Source: Octopus sinensis
Taxonomy: Eukaryota
Reading direction: 5' to 3'
DNA: 64,000 nt
NCBI RefSeq assembly: GCF_006345805.1
Contig: NW_021835993.1
Location: 248,001-312,000 of the forward strand
Position numbers and translations under genes: made by a program. Each line of letters opens with the position of its first letter. The first letter of the stretch is position 1. Of this stretch, positions 1 to 13,365 are shown one piece after another. The notes beneath the pieces were generated by a model. The model worked only from the letters and a program-made list of their open reading frames with translations, was not told where the DNA came from and ran no database searches.

Positions 1-2330
1 CAGCCTACCGACAACTTTGGAAGGACGGGTCACGGCGTGATTGTTGGGGGGAGGCCTCAAATTATTCACCAGTTGGTCTTTGTCGACTATTGTAGGATGA
101 GGGGGCAGAATATTTATTACATGTGTGGTAGTATTAAATGATTATTTAATCAAGTTATATTATGTATTTCCACTGATATGCGGTATTCCGCAGCCATTAT
201 ATCATTTCTCTAAAATTCCAAGCCAAGTATTTACTGGTTAACTCACGACTGAGTATCTGGCTATCCTCCTGCTTTGGTTTTAGTCGAATATTTAAGTAAA
301 AGGAATTTGGACAGGAATTGGTAGGAAAATGTTTTTTGATTTACCTAACTTACTCCAATAGCGTTTATTTTACTCACCAGTTTGCAGTTAATTCAGTTTA
401 TTGCAGTTCACCTCGACCTAAAAAACATAGGAAATTCGTATAGACAAGACTTGGATTGACATTCCCGAGATATCCTAATCCGAAGTTTACCAAATACATC
501 GTATCTTTTGAGTTACTAAACCGCATTACATTCAAGGGCTTTTCAATCCGGAAGAATTTTTCTCTTTGACTGCCATAGTTCTTAATGTTCAGCTTCTTGT
601 ACTTCAACTGCCCAACATATATTGTCGATATCTGTCAATTTATTAAAATCGCAAACTTAGGATGTAACTACTCGATTCAGAGATTTGAATAAAACTGGTA
701 ATCTTTGAATTTATTATTCTACTTTTCATTTTTCATAAATATCACTCCTTCCCTTCCCCATGAAAGTCTGCTTGCATTAGGTCTTCCTAGACATTCCTGG
801 AAAAACATTACACAGATCATCGCTGGCTATGCCCACCGAGAGATCATACAAAAGATTGTCAACTCTCATTGAAAAGAGGAAAAGAAGTGAGTTTGGGGCT
901 CTTTCTATCTTCAAGGCTTGTGGCATCGTGTGAATTAAGCGGTCAATTTGATTTGTTGGTATGAGGAGTTTGTCGTCCCTGAAGGCAAGGATAATTGATT
1001 AAATGTTCTTTTCTATATGTGAAGAAAGATCAGAACATGAGATCGGAAATCTTTATTATTAAAAGCTCGAATATTTGAATACTTATTTTTGACTAGTTCT
1101 AACAACGGACAAAACTGTCGATGGCTTAATTCATTCGGAATTATTTTATTCACTATCATGATAACCACTCCCACACATTCACAGTAAATATGCGCAAAGT
1201 GGTAGATGATGCAATGAAACCTTGTCAAATCTCTACCCAAATAACTTTGAAGTGAATTCAACAAGGCTTTCTGTGGTCTTTAATACTTTGCGTCCCAGCA
1301 GTAGATATCCACGTGGTGTTTATCCCTTGCCTGATAGGGCCTCGTATTGTTAGGTAGTGGGAGAGGATTTTGATAGAGATCTGTTTGTCTAAATAAATCG
1401 TGTTGCATGCTCTCCAATTTTTCCGAAGCACGACTAATTTGATAAATGCTTTTTCTATTACAAGGAAATTTAAGTTGGTTTTGTAGTACTTTGAAACGAT
1501 TCCGTCTCACGTAAACACAATGGAGATTCTTTTCATTTTCACACAATTCCCAATTCTCACACGTCATCTTTATGGATTTTCTTCACGTGGACTTGTTTCA
1601 CTAACTTTGCAAGTTTATGCCAATATCGATGAGTGTGCTCATGCTCGTCGGCTTAATAAAATATCCGGTTTGTTGTTTTCTAGTTCTGATTGTATTCACT
1701 CTTACTTCGACAAACTCATTCGCCACAATAGATTTTGAGCTTTCTGGTCTTTCTTACTTTAAAATATAAGTATTCTCACTCATTGCTTTGGCAGTTAATT
1801 GTGTGTCCCCGTTTATTTTAGGTACCACGACCTTCAAAATATGGGCAATTCAAAAGATCAAAACTGTTTTCTGTCGTCAATTCGTATGGACACAGAAAAT
1901 AGACTGATTGACATTCCTGAGTTTGTGATTAAATTGATTCACGATTTGTCTATAACTAAAATCAATGAATTATAGATGTAGACATGATATAATCAACTCT
2001 AAATTATGCAGAGTCTTTGATCAAATGTATAATCTCTTCCGAATGCCATAACATTTATATGAATGTTTTCAAAAAGTCAATGAATACAACACTTAGACAG
2101 TTCGGGTTGGTCTATTAGAGGCAAAAACTTTATTTTTGTGGTTTAGAATGAGACTGAGGTGCCGATATTGAGGTTAACTGGATTGTCGAGATATCACAAT
2201 TTGCGTGGATAGCGGAGGTTATAACATTATTGGCGCATTACATACAAATCGTAACTGAATTACGTGCGTAATAAACATGGAGGAGATGGTAATAACTGCT
2301 TTCCTGCATTATCAACAATATTCTGCTTAG
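1..2330 (-). mobile_element. Possible highly decayed Ty3/gypsy-like pol remnant
   Basis: Scattered broken minus-strand peptides in RT, RNase H, integrase order: NVMAFG (~2040), LPLPNNTRPY (~1340), ELSHRQ (~1120), FNTTTH and TRPSKVVGR (1-150). No intact frame. Confidence 0.3.
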
Positions 2331-2419
2331 TTGAGAAAGTTTAAATACGCTAATCTTATTTTGGACTACAAATATAAATTATTTTTTAAAAATTGTTTTT
2401 GTAGTGGAATATAGGCGTG

Positions 2420-3071
2420 ATGGAGTACACCAAGCTACTATATCAGGCAGCACTGAATGCGGCAGAGGACAAAGTGAGGCCATCTCTCCTCATAAACTAT
2501 TAGAAAAAGCTCGCCCAACTAGAAATCAGGAGGACAAGCTCAACCCCGAACATCGAACGAAACGTGGTGCCAATTGGTAAACTCTGACAGCTCATATTCC
2601 AGGAATCTTCAAAGGTCCTTATAGGCCGAAAGTTGGAAAGTCAAGGACGCACGTGGAAATTCCAAAATCTAAAAAAGGGGATCAAACAGACCCCAAACCA
2701 ATGGATTACGAATCTCTGCTTAAGCTGGCCAAGGAGCAACAGGAAGAAACGTTCAGTTCAAAAAAGGTGCCCAAAGAGCAGAATAATAAAAAATCCGTTA
2801 AAATTCCGTCTAAAAAATCGAGAAAAAGTGAGAAAGAGAGAAACAAGAAAAAACCCAGGAGAACAAGCGCAAAAAAGAGCACTGGAGACATGAATTCATT
2901 CGAGTCGCTGATGGCAGAGGAGAGAAGAAGGTTTTGGTGGCATTAACGACTCTTTAGTATCCGCATTGGGATGATGGAAGACGCCCGAGAACTTTTGCTA
3001 GAGCAAAGGGCCAAAGACGACGTAAATAGATTTATCAATATATTTTTTGTTTATTTGTACAGTCTGAGTAG
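2420..3071 (+). CDS. SPT2: SPT2 chromatin protein, miniaturised, spliced
   Basis: Introns of 30, 26 and 27 nt join MEYTKLLYQAALN, PMDYESLLKLAKEQQ and DMNSFESLMAEERRSIRIGMMEDARELL, matching the SPT2 N-terminal, central and C-terminal motifs. Last exon uncertain. Confidence 0.75.
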
Positions 3072-3429
3072 GTCAAGCCGCAATTGTATCATGGAAATGT
3101 TTAAAATACAAATAGCCTCCTTCCAAACAAGTAAAAATGTGGCCTTGCTCATATTCGCATAACTTCATTTGTGTAAAGCGTATAAATCCCTTCCATTCAT
3201 ATAGTCCTTGTAGCTTTTTTATGGCTATAAAGCTGTCCATTATGAACCTCCAATTTGAAAATTCTTTCGGGTTTCTACCTGCAGACGGTATATTTTACTT
3301 CCCCGGACTCTGTGTTGTACATAAAGACTGCGCTTTTGTCAGGAATTCCTAATCCACCTCCGTTTCCTTCTATTCTCAATTTTTTTAAACTTGACCTTGT
3401 ACAAAAAAATGTAATCCAAAACTAATCTT

Positions 3430-3650
3430 TACGGACGGGAAGCTGACGCGATCGAGAAAGAGTTAGAGCGTACTATCGCCGGGGATATCCGCTCGAAAAC
3501 CATCTCAATTCGTGGGCGTCGCCAGTGAGAGCAGATATGCGGAACCCGATCTCCTGAACGAAGCTGATTTCCTTTCCGCCCAAGGAACCGGAAGTCTCAA
3601 CCGCGAATGGAAGGAATTGGAACTTCTCCGTAAGTGAGGAGTACTTCTTC
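3430..3650 (-). mobile_element. CRE-like non-LTR retrotransposon 3' fragment
   Basis: Minus strand reads KKYSSLTEKFQFLPFAVETSGSLG...RISALTGDAHE, the end of the REL endonuclease ORF also seen at 7379-8197. Confidence 0.7.
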
Positions 3651-4512
3651 TATTCTTAAACAGCCAATTTTTTGTTCTCTTTTTAACTTATGTTTTTAAA
3701 TTTTTTACTCTCATTTTAAAATTATTCGAAAAAGAAACCAGGTCTATAAATTATTTTATTACCAACTTTGGTCAGTCTAACATCTTTATCTTATTTTTAA
3801 TCTATCACGGGAATAATATTTATCATTAATCTTATGCTAAGGTACATAAATCGGTCGGTTGGGTTTTGACCTAAACTCAAATGATGTACAATTTTTGCAT
3901 TGGTCGTTATGATTTCCTGTATAAAAAATTGCGATAAAAGCCGCAATTTTTTTCAGCTAAGTGTCCTCACTACATGCTAGATCCGCATGTTGATTGGCCA
4001 CAGAAGTGTACTTTTCGTTGTCTTATTCTTTTTCTATGTTTGATGAGCATACTTTAGCACAACCGACATCTCATTCCTTTTCAATAAATCACTTATCCAC
4101 ATGACTTTTAAAGAACTTTGAGACAACTCCATTGGAATAATTTTTTACTTTTACTTCATAGAGAACCCACAATTCGTTTGGAGGCAGGTCTTATTTGTGA
4201 AATTTCTTCACTTCAACTTGTTTTAACCGGTCTTGTGAGGTAATACCCACTTCGAATAAATGTCAGGTTTATTAAATTGAACTTTTTTTCCGGTCTTAAT
4301 TGACTTGTCAACTCTGATTTCGACATTATTGGCATTACCGAATGTCTTCAATTTCCTGCTTCGTTTAATTTTATACAAAAGATATTAGTAATAATGAAAT
4401 TTATCAAATTAATTTTTGTGTTTTTTCTTGTCCCATAATTAATCTTAATTTAATTTAAAATTAGTAACACAAAATGATTATAAAAACTCATTCAATAAAA
4501 TGCGTATGAACT

Positions 4513-5045
4513 ATGAACAACAAAACTAAACTGTCAGAAAAAGACATGCTAAGTTTGAAAAAGAAAATAGTCGTTAGATTATAAAGAGGCGTTCTCCCTC
4601 TTTGAGAAGGACTGCGAAGGCACAATCACCCAAAATGAACTTAAACACACAATCCGCGCACTCGGGCACATATTTTCGGAGGACGAATTCGCGGAATTTA
4701 TCATTAAACAAAACTTTCAAAGTTGAATTGTTTTTAGATATTGAGATAAAAACAACTTCAATTTCACCGAATTTGTGGAGATTATGTCCACTAAATTTGT
4801 CCCCAAAAGTCTGGAGAAATCCTACCGCGAAACATTTAAGTTTTTGGACAGATCGAACGACGGGATCATTTCCGCGGACGAACTCGCAAAAGCAATGCTT
4901 AAATTGGACATAAATCTAACTCCGGAAAATGTGATGAGAATGATTAGAGAAATTGACACCGACAACAGTGGCCTGATAGATCTCGAAGGTTGGCGTTTAG
5001 CTGTCTTTTTTAGAATTCCTCTCTCTAATGATGGCCAAACAATAA
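4513..5045 (+). CDS. Calmodulin-like EF-hand protein
   Basis: Introns of 25, 24 and 25 nt give MNNKTKLSEKDMLNYKEAFSLFEKDCEGTITQNEL...LDRSNDGIISADEL...IDTDNSGLIDLEEFLSLMMAKQ*. Confidence 0.85.
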
Positions 5046-5257
5046 TATTTTTATTGGTTTTTAATTGGATTAAATTTCAACAAAACTCACAATGAATAAA
5101 TTGATTAATGTTTAAGACTTTCTATACAGTTGATGTCATCGTTTTCAGGTCGTTTAGTTCTCGAACAAACATTTAATATTACACTAAAATTAAGATATGT
5201 GAAAATTTGCACGGTTTCTAGCCAGTTGATAGGCGTTAAAATAATATGAATGACTGG

Positions 5258-5900
5258 TTAATGCACTTCGAAAATTCGTGTTGTTAAAACCATCGGCGAT
5301 GAATTTAGTGAAAGAACTGGGAATTTATGATCAGTAGAGGTGTTGTTCGCGCCTGCATCGAAGAGGCTCAGAGCATTGGAAGAATGTTTGAATGGCGTCA
5401 TTAGCGGGAACAGAGAGATCCATCCGTAGTATGTGGCCGAAGAGTGTCCATCGGGTTTTATAATAGATGTCTCCAAGTTCTTTGGAAACAGAGTATAAGT
5501 TTTGGTTTTTGATCTTCATCGGATAGTGTATTTCCAGTAATGCCTTGAGATGCTTCCTGTGAAAAGCACTGAGATTTTCAACACATTTCTGATCCAGTCC
5601 TCATGTTTCTGAATTGTATAATATGATGGGCAGGATGAAAATCTTGTAACAACGTATTTTTACAGGATTTGAGAGATGCACGTAACTAAACTATGTCGTT
5701 TAGCCTCTTCGGTGCCAATGTCGTCAACATCTTTTTTCATTAGACATTTTCTTAGTCACCAAGCAGTGACCCGACTTTTCTTGATCTCCTCCACATCTTG
5801 CCAGAACTTTGCTTTTCGTCTGACTGTGATAAACTCAGTCTTTTGTCCCTTCATTTTCAGTCATTCAGGTTTTCTGAAACAAAATCTATGTCATCCGCAT
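5258..5900 (-). mobile_element. RTE-like LINE remnant, internally deleted
   Basis: WTLFGHILRMDLSVPAN matches the C-terminus of the LINE copies at 46900 and 62997; stops and frameshifts. Confidence 0.7.
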
Positions 5901-5989
5901 ATAGTAATTCCATAATAGAGGTCGGCTCCAATTAAATCTATAGTTTTACAATTAATTTCTCACGTGTTCGTTATTATGATTTATAATAA

Positions 5990-6900
5990 TAAAAAATGAA
6001 GCAAAAGACTTATTTCTTCAATCCAATTGGACTGAAGAGTTTGCATTTGTCATAAATTCTAAAAACTTGGATGTTTAACGTCAACGTTTAAAAATCCAAT
6101 ATTTATCAGACTTCTACTACTGCCAGTTTTATTTTCAGTCAAGTTAAAGCTACACCCGCAGAAGCTGTTATTAATTATTTTGATACTAATCACATTTTAT
6201 TGAATAAGATTGTTTAAATATCAACAAATGGTGCAAAGAACATGGTTGGATCTAAGAAAGGTTTTGTGACAATTTTGAGATATAAAATTGAACATGAGAT
6301 ATAAATTTTCATTGTGTCAAAGTTTTTGTTCTCAAACATTTCCTGAAGATTGACATAGAGATTAAAACGATTGAGTTACCCTATATTAAAGAAACTCTTT
6401 TATCGATAAATAAATCATTTCAGAACAGGTCAGAATTAAATAAAAAATTAAAGCAGAATCCATGATTTTAGAAAAGAAAAATCTACTCTCATGTTTGTTA
6501 CTTTTGATTGCAAAAACAGAAGATCTAAATTTTGCACCATTTGAAAAATAAAATTTTTTGATTCAAGATGCAATTACTGGAATTAAAGAAAAGAATTATG
6601 GCCTAAAAGTTTATTCACCTACACACCGAATAAAAAGAATTAGAAAAAAAATATCCCAATTGAAATAAGAATAAAATTAAATTATTCGTGCGGAAACACG
6701 AAATAGAAAGACAAGATTATTAATATTTGATGTATGGAATAGCCTTCCTGAGGCATTTTTATCTATTAAAAAAATTCGCATTTGGAATTATAACAATATT
6801 TAGATCAACCAATATTTGCAAAAATTCATTCTCAGAAATGAATTCAATAAAATCAAAATTGAGGAGTCACCTAACCGACAAAAAGTCTTAATTTTTGTGT
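5990..6900 (+). mobile_element. Decayed hAT-superfamily transposase remnant
   Basis: STNGAKNMVGSKKGFVTI at ~6220-6275 parallels TTEGAPAMIGNKKGVVTL in the neighbouring hAT; AT-rich and broken. Confidence 0.5.
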
Positions 6901-7209
6901 AAAATTAAAAATGACTAAACACTGTCAACTGAGATAAAGGGACAATCGTTGCATTAATTATTTAAATTTATATGTTTAAATTTTCTTTCATGTTTTCTTT
7001 ACAAACATAATTACTGTGTTAAATAAAAAGTGACTCTTTTCCACAAAAAAGTTGCCGATTCCTGGCTAGACTCATTGCTGGTGCATAGCGTTAATGATTG
7101 TCAGAAGCTTTTTCTACGGCATTATCTGTAAGACTGATACTGTCAATGATTCTACAGTATTTGTGAATTGAGCTGGGATGGCGCGTATGATTAAATCATG
7201 TCTATGGTG

Positions 7210-9811
7210 CAGGGGTCGGCAAAATAACGGCCCGCGGAGCAATCCAATCCGCCCCGTATAGATTATATATTACCGATAAAATAAATTTTTTAGATAAAAT
7301 ATTTAATTTGTACTTATGCTTTATGAATTAACATTGATTCACGCTAATACTTTGTCATTTTAGAGGAAATCATTTGCTGTGGATGATTGCGTCGCCGTTT
7401 GGGAAAAGCTGGGATTGCCATTGCCATCTGATGTGACCTGCCAATCGGAGTGGACGTCGAAAGTCCACGCCAATACGTTTTCATGCCTAAAGGAAACCAT
7501 GGACCAGAGAAGGTTGGCTTGTTTACAAGCGGGCAGCCAGCCCCTAAGCGGCGCGTGGCTAAACTGTTACCCTTGTAATACAACTGGCTGCCTTCTTAAT
7601 GATGAAGACGTAAGAATTGGAGTTTGTCTCCGCCTCGGTCTACGCGTCTATGAAAAACACCAATGCCGGTGCGGCATGTGGACTGACGAGTTTGGATATC
7701 ACTCCCTCTCCTGTCGAAACGGAATTGGACGTTCCTCACGGCATTCCGAACTGAACCAGATCATCTGTCGATCTCTTCGAACTGCTGGATTCCACACACA
7801 ATTGGAACCTGCAGGGATTTTCGTAGAGGACGGCAGAAGACCCGATGGGATGACCACATTTCCATTCCAGAGGGGGAAGTGTCTGGTTTGGGACGTCACG
7901 TGTGTGAACTCCTTTTCCAATCAGAACATCAAATTATGCATCGAGAATCCTGGAGCCCCGTCTGAACGGGCAGAGAAGAGAAAAGCTGAGAAATACGCTG
8001 GAATTGGGAATGGGAGAGTGTTTTTTCCCCTGGGTGTTGAGACGTCAGGAATACAGGGGCCTTCTACTCGGACCCTACTCCAGCGCATTGCCTCATTAAT
8101 CGAAAGGGTTACCGGCGACCCGTGTGAGCACCGGTATTTAATCGAAAGAATATCTATAGCAATAGTCAGAGGCAATATTCTGGCTATCTGCCAATGACTA
8201 TTTCTCTTTTGGTTTACATAAATAAAATATCAACTTTTATTGGTTGTGTATTCATCAATGAAACAAAATATAAAGTCGACAGCGAATGTCAAATTTTCAA
8301 TGATTCTTGGAACCTTGATTATATCTTTTTTAAACATGATGGGAATCCTGTTTGCATGATTTGTTTTGACAGACTCTCTGTTAATAAAATTTCAAACATT
8401 TGGAGACATTCTGAATCATTTCATTCAGAATTTTTTTCTAAATTTACCGGCTAAGAAAGAATTAATTAAGTTGAAAAATTCAAACGCAAATTTGAAAGTC
8501 AAACTTTATTTTTAAAAAAAAACCTTTTTCTGATGGCGAATTTGTGAAATAATTGTTATTGATTGCTGCTGATATTATTTTCCCTGAAAAAATGCAATTT
8601 GAACGATTAACTTTATCTCATAGAACTGTAATTTGACGTAGTGAAGAAATGTCACACGATGTCAAGATATCATTAAATAATGCCTGCAAGGAATCGGAAT
8701 ATTTTTCAATTGCACTTGACAGTAGTACAGATGAGAAATACACAGCTCAGCTTGCTATTTTTTTTACACGGAGTAACATCAAATTTTACTATTTCTAAAG
8801 GTAACACAAAATTTTACTTTTTAGAGTTTATAAAATTAATCCCTTTGCACGATACAGTTAGCGGAAGTGATATTCTCGATGTTGTTTTACAGATGCTGAC
8901 AGAAATGAATATGGATATATCTAAACTTGTTGGAATTACAACAGAAGGAGCTCCCGCGATGATAGGAAACAAAAAGGGGGTGGTGACATTACTTCGGGAA
9001 AATAAAAAATTCGGGAAATATGGAAAAGTTAATAAAGATTCACTGTATTATTCACCAAGAGGCCTTATGTGCGAAAATATCATTACAACAAGACTTTATG
9101 GATATTGATGTAAAAATTGTTAACGTAATATTATCACGAGCCTTGTATCATCGTCAGTTTCAGCAGTTTTTGCTGGGTATAGAATCCGAATATGGAGATC
9201 TAAAGTATTTTTCAAATGTTAGATGGCTGAGCAGGCGATCGATGTTGAAACGATTGTTTTCATTGCATAATGAAGTACGATTATTCCTTGAAAGTAAAAT
9301 TTTGATGCTTCTATATTTCGTGATCCTGAATGGCTTGCCAAATTTGCATTTCTGGTTGACATTACTTCTCATCTTAATGATCTGAATTTGAATTTACAAG
9401 GAAAAAATTTGCTGATACATGAATTATATTCTCACATTATTGCATTTGAAAATAAGATTAATTTGTGGATTTGTCAATTCGAAAATTGAAACTTCATTCA
9501 TTTTCCAAATTTAAAGGAAACAAAATCAAATGATATATCCATTTTTTAGATGTCCTTATCGAATTGAAATCCCAATTTTCGTCTAGATTTTTGGACTTTA
9601 AAGCTCATACGAAAAATTTAAGATGTTTTCTATATTTTTCGATGTAGAAATCAATTCAGCGAATAAAATCTATTAATTGGAACTTATAAATTTGCAGTCT
9701 GATCATGTTCTTAAAACGATTTTTTATTCAAATCCTTGTAGCATTGTGGAATTTTATGAGAAATATGTGGAAAATATCCGCTGTTAGTAAACCATTTCTA
9801 ACCGACCCCTG
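7210..9811 (+). mobile_element. hAT DNA transposon (SPIN/GTF2IRD2-like), decayed
   Basis: Inverted termini CAGGGGTCGG (7210-7219) and CCGACCCCTG (9802-9811); transposase pieces KVDSECQIFNDSWNLDYIF, ITTEGAPAMIGNKKG, IHCIIHQEALCAK, VRWLSR. Flanking 8-mers do not match, so no TSD. Confidence 0.8.
7372..8197 (+). mobile_element. CRE-like retrotransposon 3' part (zinc finger + REL endonuclease) nested in the hAT
   Basis: 272-aa ORF with CRCG...HSLSC...RH and RRPDGMT...LVWDVTC...KAEKY...PLGVETSG...RISIAIVRGN. Confidence 0.85.
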
Positions 9812-10236
9812 TTTAGTGTATACGTTCCGGTTTTGGCAAGATAATTCTATATTATCCAACAATCACATCGAAATCCTTGTGAGCTTAGTTTCTTGAAGGT
9901 AAGATACTAAAAATCCATAATAGATTAGTTCCTCAGTCCATTGTGTTCTTCGTAGTGAAGAGGGAATTTTTCTGACATGAACGTCATTATACGAACTCTC
10001 CAGAATATGTATTATACAGTAGTGCAATAGAGAAACCACCACCTTAACCTAAAAATGAGAGAAATTCCTGGCCGAATCATTCGACTAGTTATGACGATTA
10101 ACATTTGACTACGACAAAGTACGAATAAACAAATTGCAAGTCAATTAAATGATAGAGAACTGAATTTAATTTCCCAGAGGTATTTTGAGTAAAAGACGAC
10201 TTTCTTTGATGTCACTAAATTTGGTACAAAACTGTC

Positions 10237-10688
10237 CTACTCGAAGAGGGATTGGTGTTCCTCCCATTTAGTCCTCTCCAAATAGCCGTCTTGTGCAGCA
10301 AACAACATTGTCCGGAGTTTGTGCATGCAGTCCGCCTGGTTGAGCGTTCTCCGTTCAGTGAGATCAGAGCGGACGACAAGTTTGTTCTCTCTGTCAATGC
10401 GGGTGGGGAACTGCAGCAATGACTCTGTCGAAATACCATTTGGACTATTCTTTCGCTCAGTCTCTGATTCCCCCAGCTATTCAAGTCCATTCTTATCTCG
10501 ACGGCTACCAATGTCAGAAGTGACTTACCGTGGGGGGACTTGGGGCAGTCGACCATTGTCTGTCCGTAGCGGAATTCCAACTTATCTAATATGAGTGAGT
10601 AATGGTAACCGATGGGGATTTCTCCATTGAAAGAAGGGCACTGCATACAAAACAGTCTTTTAAAACGTGAACCAAACCCACTAAACAT
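10237..10688 (-). CDS. MRPL58: ICT1/mL62-like mitochondrial release-factor family protein lacking GGQ
   Basis: Introns of 24, 24 and 26 nt give MFSGFGSRFKRLF...FNGEIPIDKLEFRY...VEIRMDLNSW...FPTRIDRENKLVVRSDLTERRTLNQADCMHKLRTML, which aligns with ICT1. Confidence 0.75.
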
Positions 10689-10966
10689 GATTATTATAAT
10701 TCGTTCTATTAATATTTCAAAACAATTAATAATGCAAGAAGTAGGTGGTGTGAACGAAAAATCAGACAGGAAGTATAATTTAATGACCGAGGACCCGTGG
10801 CAGAACATTCCCCCGTCCACCTACGAGGAAGCTCAGGAATATTTCCATCAAATTATGGACGAATATTCACATTCCCGAGCCAAAAGAAACCACAAATGGA
10901 AAAAACGATTCAATTAACTGGCCTTTTCTTTCTTATCATTTAATTAACAACATTTGAATAAAAAAG

Positions 10967-12601
10967 TCAAATCCTTAACGAGGCAAACTTGCCCACAATG
11001 TCGGCCAATTCGTCCGTCCGAGTGAACTTGCTCCGATTTCTACAAATAGCCCGACCCGACAACTTGGCAATGAAGACCTGAAACATTGGCACCAAATAAG
11101 GCGGAATGATGTCCCCAGACATGGACTTGCCTACCAATCCGAGAAAGCAGTCCAGTCGGCTGTGACTCAACACACTGACCTGATCCCCCTCAGACTGGAG
11201 TAAGCACACACACCCACCCGCAGTAGTCCACACATCACCAGAATGTCATTGGCATTACCCACGGCGACCTCCCTCGAAGACATGACGAGTAAGTGAGTGA
11301 GGACGTGGTCTATGTACAATTGAGGGACACTACTGAATATGGCCTGCTGTGTGGGGGAGGGGGGCAGGCCTATGCACTCCTTCAACACCTCAATTCCCAC
11401 AGAGGATGAGTCCCCCACCACTGCCTCCTCAAACTCGTCCTCACTGTCCAATTAAATGCATGCACAACTCGAATGGGCCAATCTGGTCGGACTTGAAGCC
11501 AAGATGGAATAATTTCTCACGCACTTGCTCAATTCCGGCCTCCCCCAACTCATTCCCGTTCAAGTTGAGCCTTCCACCAACAGGAGTCCCCCAAACCTCC
11601 AAAAAATGGAGTATGTGTGATGTGGACAGACCGCAGTGGCTAAAGTCCAGTGTCTAAACATATCACAACACCCAGACGTCGAAATGTGCTTCTGAATAGG
11701 AGAAGGCCAGTCCGAAGGCGGGGAAAGCAACTCCCGGGTAGTTATCACTGATATTCAACGACTTTAGTCTGTTCATTCCATAAAGAGACTGACATGATTA
11801 GTGTGGTTAACCAAGGATAATAAAATGGCGCCCGTTTTGTGCATGTTGTTGTCAGAGACGTCCAGTGACTCCAACGTGGAGGACACCGAGGACAAGGCCA
11901 GGGACAAATGTCTGAATCCCTCGTCCACCACCGAATTTCCCTTCAACTCCAAATTTCTCAGCCTCCTTAGTCTCTAGCACATTCTGGGGGGAAATTAATA
12001 CGGAAATAATTCTGCTCATTTTGGCCGCCCCAGCATCCCCCAGTCTGTTTCTGGAAATATGAAAATTGACAATTTCAGAGGACTGAGTGAGCCAATACTC
12101 GTCCAACATCTGGGAGTGGCCCACCAACCCAACCTTGGCACCCTCCGGTCCCAGTCCAGTGTTGTTGAGGTTGAGAGTCTCCAATTTGTGAAAGACCTTC
12201 GACTGGAAGTACTCCTGCAGTCCCGGGAGTGCCAAAGGACCGATTGCGTTGTCGGACAAGTCGACCTCCCGAATGGACTGGATGACTGACATGGACTGGC
12301 CGAGGAAGGTCTGGACTGATGGATGTGGCCTACCAGGGCTGCCGGGATCTCTGTGCTCGACCGGCGAGTGAACATGTTGGACAGGTTGAGGACTCGCAGT
12401 GACTTGCAGTGAAGGAGGGCCTCCGAGATTTCCCTACAGGCATCGACGCTGTAGGAATTGCCGGAGAGACTGAGGAGAGCAGAGTTGGACTGTTCTCTCG
12501 GATTTGCTCACATATTGGTTGTGCTGTCGATTAATTATATTTGTACCCTCCTCTGCGGTGTTGATGAATGCTCCCGAGTCAAAACACAGAGTCTCACACA
12601 T
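10967..12601 (-). CDS. RANGAP1: Ran GTPase-activating protein 1
   Basis: LSLSGNSYSVDAC, LNLSNMFTRR, VDLSDNAIGP, LNLNNTGLGPEG, ISRNRLGDAGA and an acidic SEDEFEE stretch; many micro-introns. Confidence 0.9.
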
Positions 12602-12665
12602 GATATGAAATATTAGTCTAATTAATTCAAAGTTATATAAATATTAATATAATAATAATTAAGTG

Positions 12666-13362
12666 ATGGAGTGTATCTCGTGCTATGTGTCTGACAGTGA
12701 CAGTCCTTCCAGCACGGAGGAGACGCCCCTCAAAATCCGTTCAGTTCCCCACGTGATCGGGAATTGGTCAGTGCACGTGTATATAGACTGCACTCAATGG
12801 GGAGGGAGGAGAGTGGTCCCCCACAAGTGGGAATGCGTGGACAGTCCCCACATCAGTCTCTCTCGGACTGTCTACACGACGAGGCAGTGCATCAACCCAA
12901 TCTGCGAGTCCCTCCACCGGGTACTCTCCCTCCACTCACACTTCCACGTCAAACTCGACGACCAACTCACTTACTTCACCAACGACAGCCACAATCGGTT
13001 CCCAGAGAGTGCACATTCTTAGAGAGTTCGCCGCCCTGGTGGTTGTGGAGGGGACGCGGAGACTCGCCCAACTGGTGGGGGATGTGGACAGAGTATTCCA
13101 CAAGTACCAATTGGAAGAATACTACCAAGTGAGGGGGACTGTCATGTTTGCAGGACCCGACCTTCCACGTCAGTCTACTGTGGAGGAACAGAGGAAGGAA
13201 GGACTATTGCCTGAATGGATATGAGGTGGTGGTGGACTGTTATGGTAGGACATGATTGGGGAGTATTTGGGGGAGGAGTACTCCGTGAGGTATGTCCACG
13301 TCAAACTGGGTGGGAGACGACATTTTGTCATCCAATTGGCTACCAAACAGTCATTTGATTAA
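12666..13362 (+). CDS. USB1: U6 snRNA phosphodiesterase
   Basis: RSVPHVIGNWSVHVY and two HxS motifs (PHISLSRTV, PTFHVSLLW) after removing introns of 25, 25 and 23 nt. Confidence 0.9.
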
Positions 13363-13365
13363 TAG

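Noticed and set aside
10612-10917. 101-aa plus-strand ORF
   Set aside because: It overlaps the ICT1-like gene antisense and has no recognisable motif; probably a shadow ORF.
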